IMG/VR virus record: IMGVR_UViG_3300032038_000603
Location: 1 to 25,218 of that record
DNA length: 25,218 nt
Source: a virus
Direction: 5' to 3' (one strand)
The translations under genes and the position numbers were made by a program. The notes under the pieces were generated by a model. It saw only the letters and a program-made list of their open reading frames with translations. It had not been told where the DNA came from and searched no databases. Positions within the stretch are counted from its first letter, which is position 1. Each line of letters starts with the position of its first letter. Positions 1 to 7,000 of the stretch are shown piece after piece.

Positions 1-214
1 AAGACATTAAGTTGTTGACGTATTATGCTGGATTTATCACCGATCAACCTAATATGTCATTACAAGATGTTCAATCCTTACTAATGGAATGTTCTGATAA
101 TCAAATCGATTTATTAAATACGTATATTGATAAAAATTTATCTCTAAAATCTCCTTTAGAAATCGAGGAGCTATACACCAGAATCGTAGGAGAAATGGGT
201 ATAGCTCCTTCTGA
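1..214. repeat. Terminal direct repeat, copy 1 (equals 25005..25218)
   Basis: Read directly: 1-214 aligns base for base with 25005-25218. The only difference is T119 versus C25123. This implies a 25,004-bp circular or circularly permuted unit. Confidence 0.95.
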
Positions 215-425
215 TTTTTATCAGATGACAATACAAGATATTGATAATGCTTATGAAGGTTTTAAAAGAAGATTAGAAATTGATGCTAATATTTATTTAA
301 TCGCTTTACATAATAGAAATAATAAAAATGCTGATATTCGTTTTGTTGAAGATAAGGGTTATACTATTGGAAATTTTGAGGATAGGAAAGAAACATTCCA
401 AAAATTAAACATCAAGGAGGATTAG
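3..425 (+). CDS. Tail assembly chaperone-like protein, 5'-truncated by the window start (full gene starts at ATG 24917 and wraps; about 170 aa)
   Basis: The frame is open from the window edge. It is identical to the ORF that starts at 24917 by ATGA overlap with the major tail protein stop. It sits directly after the major tail gene. The C-half motif GIAPSDFYQMTIQDIDNAYEGF resembles the 'lG.sP.eFW.mTp.El' motif of gpT/GTA-type chaperone extensions. Confidence 0.6.
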   Translation, partial: DIKLLTYYAGFITDQPNMSLQDVQSLLMECSDNQIDLLNTYIDKNLSLKSPLEIEELYTRIVGEMGIAPSDFYQMTIQDIDNAYEGFKRRLEIDANIYLIALHNRNNKNADIRFVEDKGYTIGNFEDRKETFQKLNIKED

Positions 426-429
426 TCTT

Positions 430-660
430 ATGGCAATTAATGAGGATGTTCTCCAACACATTCATGAAAAACGTGCGGAGAATCCATATACACAACAAGT
501 GGGGTTTAGGCATAATGGAGGTAATGAACACATTGCCGATATTAATTCTTCTGATGCGGAATTAGAAGCTATTATGAATGAAACCTGGTTTTCAGAAGAA
601 GATGATGTTGAAATGGTTTCTAACCAATTAGCGCTACAAACCCAAAGAGGAGGCTATTGA
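430..660 (+). CDS. Hypothetical acidic 76-aa protein occupying the tape-measure position
   Basis: GGAGG at 416-420 lies upstream of ATG 430. Its stop TGA 658-660 overlaps the ATG 660 of the giant ORF. I recognise no family motif. Confidence 0.6.
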   Translation: MAINEDVLQHIHEKRAENPYTQQVGFRHNGGNEHIADINSSDAELEAIMNETWFSEEDDVEMVSNQLALQTQRGGY

Positions 661-1040
661 TGTTAATAAACAATATTGAATTAAGTAGTCTCGGCATCAA
701 GTTATATGATAGAGTCATTACAAGTAATCAGGTTAACACTAAAGAAGCATGGCTTGATGGTGATATACAGCCAACTCCAATTAGACAGCAAGATAGTTTT
801 AAAGATATCAGGCTGTCTTTTTTAGTATTAGGAAATGATGAAGATGATGCCTTTTTAAGAATTAGTAAATTAACTAGATTATTAAAAAAGGCAACTTTAA
901 AGTTTGATGATTTAGATTATTACTTTGATGTTAGTATGACTGGTAAAGCTGAACCTCAAAGATTAAAGAATGGTAATTTTGTAGTTGATTATAGTTTTAC
1001 TTCTGATTATGCAAAAGGTGAAAGAGAAATCTATACAACT
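660..1040 (+). other. Dit (distal tail protein) N-terminal belt-domain-like segment of the giant ORF
   Basis: The pattern KDIRLSFLVLGNDEDDAFLRISKLTRLLKKATLKFDDLDYYFDVSMTG...NFVVDYSFTSDYAKG mirrors the siphoviral Dit N-domain layout. Compare SPP1 gp19.1: RELEVDAIVFGD..LRRRIEYLNFLL..ITFSDEPSRTYYG..VTLNFYCQDPLKYG. Confidence 0.5.
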
Positions 1041-4000
1041 GATGCAAACTATACAAGTAGTTTTAAATTAACTATTTTATATTATCAGAATTCAACAACT
1101 CTATTATCAACAGATAGTATTACTGTTCGCGCAGCAATGTTTGAAGATACTGGTAATACATTTGCTTCTATAGGTATTGACGCAAATAAATATAGACCGA
1201 ATTATTATCAAGAAGGTATTGCTACAAATCTTGGTGGCAGAGAAATTACTTATGAAAACTTACAGTCATTAGGAACTCTTATTATTAATTATGCTCCTAT
1301 AGCTTATAATTTAACTATTAACTATTTTATGGACAATGGAACTGGTATTTACCAGGATATGTTTGTAAGTAATATACAATTTACATATCCGCAATTACAA
1401 AATATTCAGTCTATTGGACAGTTAGTAGATGTAAAAAGTTATAAACCAGAAGGTTATTTAGGAAGAATAGCTTTTACAGGAGCATTAACAGTTGAAAACT
1501 TATTAGCTGTAAGTCCAATTTATGTTTTCTATGATCAATTAGAGAACGATTTATCTAAAAGCATCACTGTCTCTTATTTAAAAGAAGACGATGATGGAAC
1601 TTATTCTACTGTTGGAGCTTTAACCAAAGTGTTTAAGCAAAGTGATTTCACTGATGGAATGACTCTTGGAGAAATTCTTAATGTAAATGCTTATAGACCA
1701 ACAGCCACTTATTATAATGAAGGTTATATTGAAGATCATAGTCTTACTGAATTAATTACATATGAAGATTTGAAAGTTAGTTATGAGATTAAATATGCTA
1801 AATCAACTAATATTGTATTTGTTGAATATTATGTTGGTGTATATCCAGGTTGGTATAGAGTATCTACAACCACACTTCGAACAGTATATAAAGAATCTTA
1901 TGAAGAAAGCTTTAGTCTTTCAGATATTAATTTAGATTTAAACAAATATCACACTTCAGAATATCAAAGTGGAGTTTTATATAATGGCAGTATCTATGAT
2001 AGTTATGATGCTGTTATTTCTGGTGGAGTATTACAGGTTTATTATGAACCAATTAACTATACAATCCAAGTTGGTTATTGGGTTCCAGAAGAAGAGCCTA
2101 TTGTAGAAGATGTTGTTATTAATGCTTTAGATTTTCTTGGAGATCCAGTATTAAGCGATATTATTCCAATAGCAAGTCATAGACCAGAAGGTTTCCAATT
2201 TGATGCTTTTCTTTCTTATGATGGACCTATTACTCTCGCGGGTTTGACTCAAGCTTCTCCAATTAATATTTACTATGAAGAAATAGTAGCTGCCCGCACA
2301 AAAAATATAATTTTAAAATACAAGCAAGAATTAGCTTCTACTTTTGCAACAATAAATACATCTATTATTACTATCAATGAAGCAGATACTATAAATGGTA
2401 TTAGACTTAAAGATGTATTTAATATGAATCTTTATAAGCCTGATTACTATGAAAATGGTATTTTAGATGGATACAGTTCAACTGCCCTTCTTAATTTTGA
2501 TGAAATTGAATCAGCTTATACCGTAGTTTATATGGCTTCTACTTTCATCACTCCAGTTAGATATTACACAGATGATGTAGATGATTTAAATTGGATTGGA
2601 AGTAGTTCAATATCCTATAAAGTTATTGATTTTACTATTGATACAACTTTATATGATTTAGGATTTAATATAAATGCTTATAAACCTAGTTATTGTGATG
2701 ATGGAGAACTTCAATATCATGGACCTATTAATTTTGAATCTTTAAGAAACTTAACAAGCCTAAATGTAGTTTATGAAACAATTATGGAGCCAGGTGGGGA
2801 TTTAGATTATCCACATAGATTCCTTTTCCTAGAGCACAATGATTTAGGTGATTATGAATACTTACATCCTAATTGGACAATGAACCATGCTTATATTAAT
2901 ACTGGAGTTTCAGTTGAAGATATGAGCAAATTAACCGTAGTTATGGAATGCGAACGTGTTGATAATGATGTTCCTTTACACAATGTTAATGCGGGCTTCG
3001 GTTATTTATTTGGTTCTCAATCTGCATTAGGATCTTACTATATGAGATTTAACAACCAGACACAGTATGGTGAGAATCTTACTGGAGTAAATACTTATGA
3101 AGCTCAAGCGGGTCTTTATTCTGATGCTTTGGTTCAGGCTGAAAGCTCTGCAATTGGTTTCTCTGCAAACTCTGGTATTTATGCTATTGAAAGACCAGGA
3201 TATTCTACTGCGGTCTTCACTTATAGCAACACAATGGCAAGCGAGGCCGCCCAAATGCCATATCCATTATATTTGTTCGCAAATAATAATGCTGGTCAAT
3301 ATGAGGAAGGTCTTGCTGGTATTGGTATTTATAGTTGTCGTATTTATTATAATGGAGCTTTGATTAGGGATTATATTCCAGTTCAATTCTATGATAAGAT
3401 TGGCGATCAAGTTGCTCCTTCAAATTGTTTGTATGATAAAATTACAGGCACTTTCTTTGAAGATGCTACTGGACAGAACAGTTTTAATATTAGAGACGAT
3501 GAAAGATATACAGATACTAATTTAGATCATAAGATCGGTCATTGTTATGTGAATTATTATAAGGGTGAAACTTTTATGCAAAATGTTGCTTATTATTTTA
3601 GAGCAAGTGATTTTGTAGATCAGATATTTGATCCTTATGAAAAATTCCAAATTGATTTATATCAACCATCATATTATAAATCTGGTGAAATTGTTAATGT
3701 TGAAAATTTAGTTTGGGATTTCGATAACATGAACAATGCTGTTTATACAGTCGTTTATCCAGAACAAGCAAATACAATTACAGTTAGATATTATACTGAA
3801 AATAGTGTTGGTGTTAGAACTCTTATCGAAGAGGAGACAATTGGAATATCTGAACAAGATTTCTATCAAGCTCCTACTTTTGGAGATATAGTTCGTATCA
3901 ATAAATATAAGCCAGAAGGATATGAAACTGATTTTGTATATCCTGGCACAAAAGTCTCTCTTACTAGAGTAGTTGATCATTCTCCTTATGAGATTGTTTA

Positions 4001-7000
4001 TAAAATTGCAGATAGAGAGCTTGAAACATATACAACAATAATTCGCTATATTAAAAAAGTTTATGGAATTAGAACTTATGAAACTATAGCTTCCGAAGTT
4101 TTAACCCTTGATGAAACTCAATTTAGAGATGGCGAATATATTGATTTTTATATAGATAAAAATCTTCATAAACCCGCTAATTTTTATAAAGATGGTGAGC
4201 CATATCAGTGGTATGAAATGGATGAGAAACTTGATACACCAAGCAAACTCAAAGAAATTTATACTATTGTATATCAAGTAGATACAACATATTTGGATGT
4301 AAATTATTATAAAAACTCTGTAAGCAGTGAAAATCTTATTGCTTCTACAACCTGGGGAATTAATATAGATGTTTTTGAACCAGGAATTCCAATTTATGTT
4401 TTAGATACTATTCCTAATGAATATATAAACAAGTATAAACCTTCAAATTGTAATGGTGGTCAAATACAAAATAGTTCTACTGCTTATCAAACATTTGCTG
4501 ACTTGGCCGCGATTGAAGAAATAGCTATAGTTTATGAAGAAACGACTCAACCGCACGATCCAGAATCTTTATCTTATGAACAAAAGGTTCTTTATTGGGG
4601 TGAAGTTAATGAGGAAGATTATTTTGATGATATTAATGGAAATACTCATTTCTATGGAGGAAGAATCCCTTATATTGATCTTGGGTATAAACCAAAAGAT
4701 TTAAGTAGATTAAGAGTTGAGTTAAAGGGTTATGCAAGACCTTGGGGTATTGGATCTAATACAGCTCAATATATGTATCAAGATTTAGGTTATACTTATT
4801 TCTTTGGATATTATGGTCCATTGGGTGAGTCTTATCTTGGCACTTCTGGAGCAAGTAGAGATGGTGTTGCAGCTTCTACTTCTGCTAATGGAACTCCAAG
4901 AGGTTCTGCGGTAAGTCCTTCTTCTTCTGGATGTTTTGGTTTTAGATGCAGAATTCCACAAGCTGGAGGATATGTATATTCAGCAGCTGGCCCGCAATCA
5001 ATTGATGGACAAACTTATTATAGAGCTGGAGATGGTATTGGAGTAATTTCTGGAGATCCACACCTTAAATACACAGGAATTGAAGCCGTTTATAGAAAAG
5101 GTAAATATAGTGATTATGATGATAATTATAATGTAATTAAAGGATTTAGTAATTATGGATTCACTAGGACAGACGAAGAAGATCTTCGTGAGATTATAAC
5201 AGACTTTGATCGTGTTCCAAATTGGTGTATTAATCGTGCTACTGGAGGAACTGATAGAATAAGAACTGCTTGCGGTAATCCTTATACAATAATTCTTGAT
5301 GCTTATAATAAATATGGGGCTGAATGGAGAGAAAGTGATAGTAATACTCCTACCACCTATATTTTTGATGAATCAGAAGACAATCCATTATTTGAAAATA
5401 TTTGTCAGCCTAAAGGAACATTATCATTATTCCAAACTACAAATCCAGATACTGGAAATGTGAATATAATGGCATTTAATCCAACAGTAATGCCTTTCCT
5501 TGGTAGTTCTAGTAGTTTAAACCTTTCTAACAACGCACTTGGTAATCCTTATGACAGAGACTTTTCAACTTCAGTCTCATATACAACTTGGGTAATAACA
5601 GGAACAAAGCAATCTTCTGAAGTAGAACAAGAGAAGCCGGGAACTATAGTTATGGAACAGAAGACTGAATCTAGGAATATTAATTATGCGACTTTCCCAG
5701 TGCCAGCTTTTCCTCAAATGACAGGTTGTGCTATTTGGGGCATTAAGATTTATGATCAAGATAGATTAGTAAGAAATCTTATCCCAGTGGCTCAAGGAGA
5801 TCAAGTATATGATTATGTAATGCCAGCTAATGGATTATTTGATCTGGTCACAGAGATCTTCTTTGGCAACTCAAATAAAGGTGGAACCTATACTTATGAT
5901 AGCTATTTAGCTCCTCAAACTGGAGGACCAGTTCATTCAGTTAGAACAATTGAAGCAAATGAGGTTTTACCTCTTAATTGTATCCTAGATCCTACAATTT
6001 TTGGTAAGACAATAGCTAATTATTATGATTATGATAATACATTTATTACAAATCAATTTGTAAATGTTCCTACTTGGTATAATAAAGCTAATGAAAATTT
6101 AGAAGATATTCTTCAATTCAATGATTATAAGCCTGATGATTTCCATCTTGATGGATTATTAGATTTAGATGTTGATTTAAGTTTCCAGAATATGTCTCTT
6201 GCAGATATTTATCTTATGGGAGCATTGAATATCTACTATAAATTAAGAAACTTTACCAAGACAGTTGTTTATTATAGAGATAATGTAAGAATAGGTTCAA
6301 GAGATATTTTCTATTCATTAGAAGATATTGAAAATGCTACTTCTTTAGCAGATCTTAATATTGATGTAGATTTATTCTACAATGAAGATTTTGCTCATGG
6401 TAGATTAGTGTTCGATGAATCAATAATTGAAAATGATGATATTGAAGCATTCATTGATGCTCCATCACCAATTGTTGTATATGATAAATTAACTAAACAA
6501 GAAGCTCCAAACTTATTGTATGTAGAATATTATAGACAAGGAGCTTATGATGATACATTAATTACAGTCAATGAAAATAGTCCTAACTATTTAGATTGTA
6601 ATTTAAGTGCGGTTGTATTAAATCCTAACGGAGCTATTAAATATTACAACCACTATCATACAGCCTTATATGAGGATGAAGATTATGATTACTTCATTCC
6701 TTATCAAGTGTATGTTAGAAATAAGTTTGCTGGTATCCATAGAGGCCCAGCCCGCAAGTTCCCTACTTTAGCTATGATTGTTGAAAATGACAATTATACA
6801 ATTATTGAAGAGAGAAATGGATGGGGTCGTCTTGATGAATACCAAGCAGGATGGATTTTATTAAATCAAACTGATCCTATTACAGGTCCAGGACAGAATC
6901 CAGATTATGATGTAGCTGATCAAGAGACGGCTACTATTCCTTTTGGATCTACCATTACCATAACCAAAATGACAATAGACAGATTATGGTGTTATTGTCC

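Noticed and set aside
1-214. Terminal repeat as a true physical DTR or cos end
   Set aside because: A coding sequence runs through the junction without interruption. The terminase is of a headful-type family. A wrap-around of a circular or permuted assembly is the simpler explanation.
409-660. Programmed frameshift joining the chaperone-like ORF to ORF 430..660
   Set aside because: The downstream frame is +1, not -1, and is open only from 409. There is no slippery heptamer, and Asp-GAT before TAG is a poor shift site. ORF 430 has its own GGAGG and ATG.
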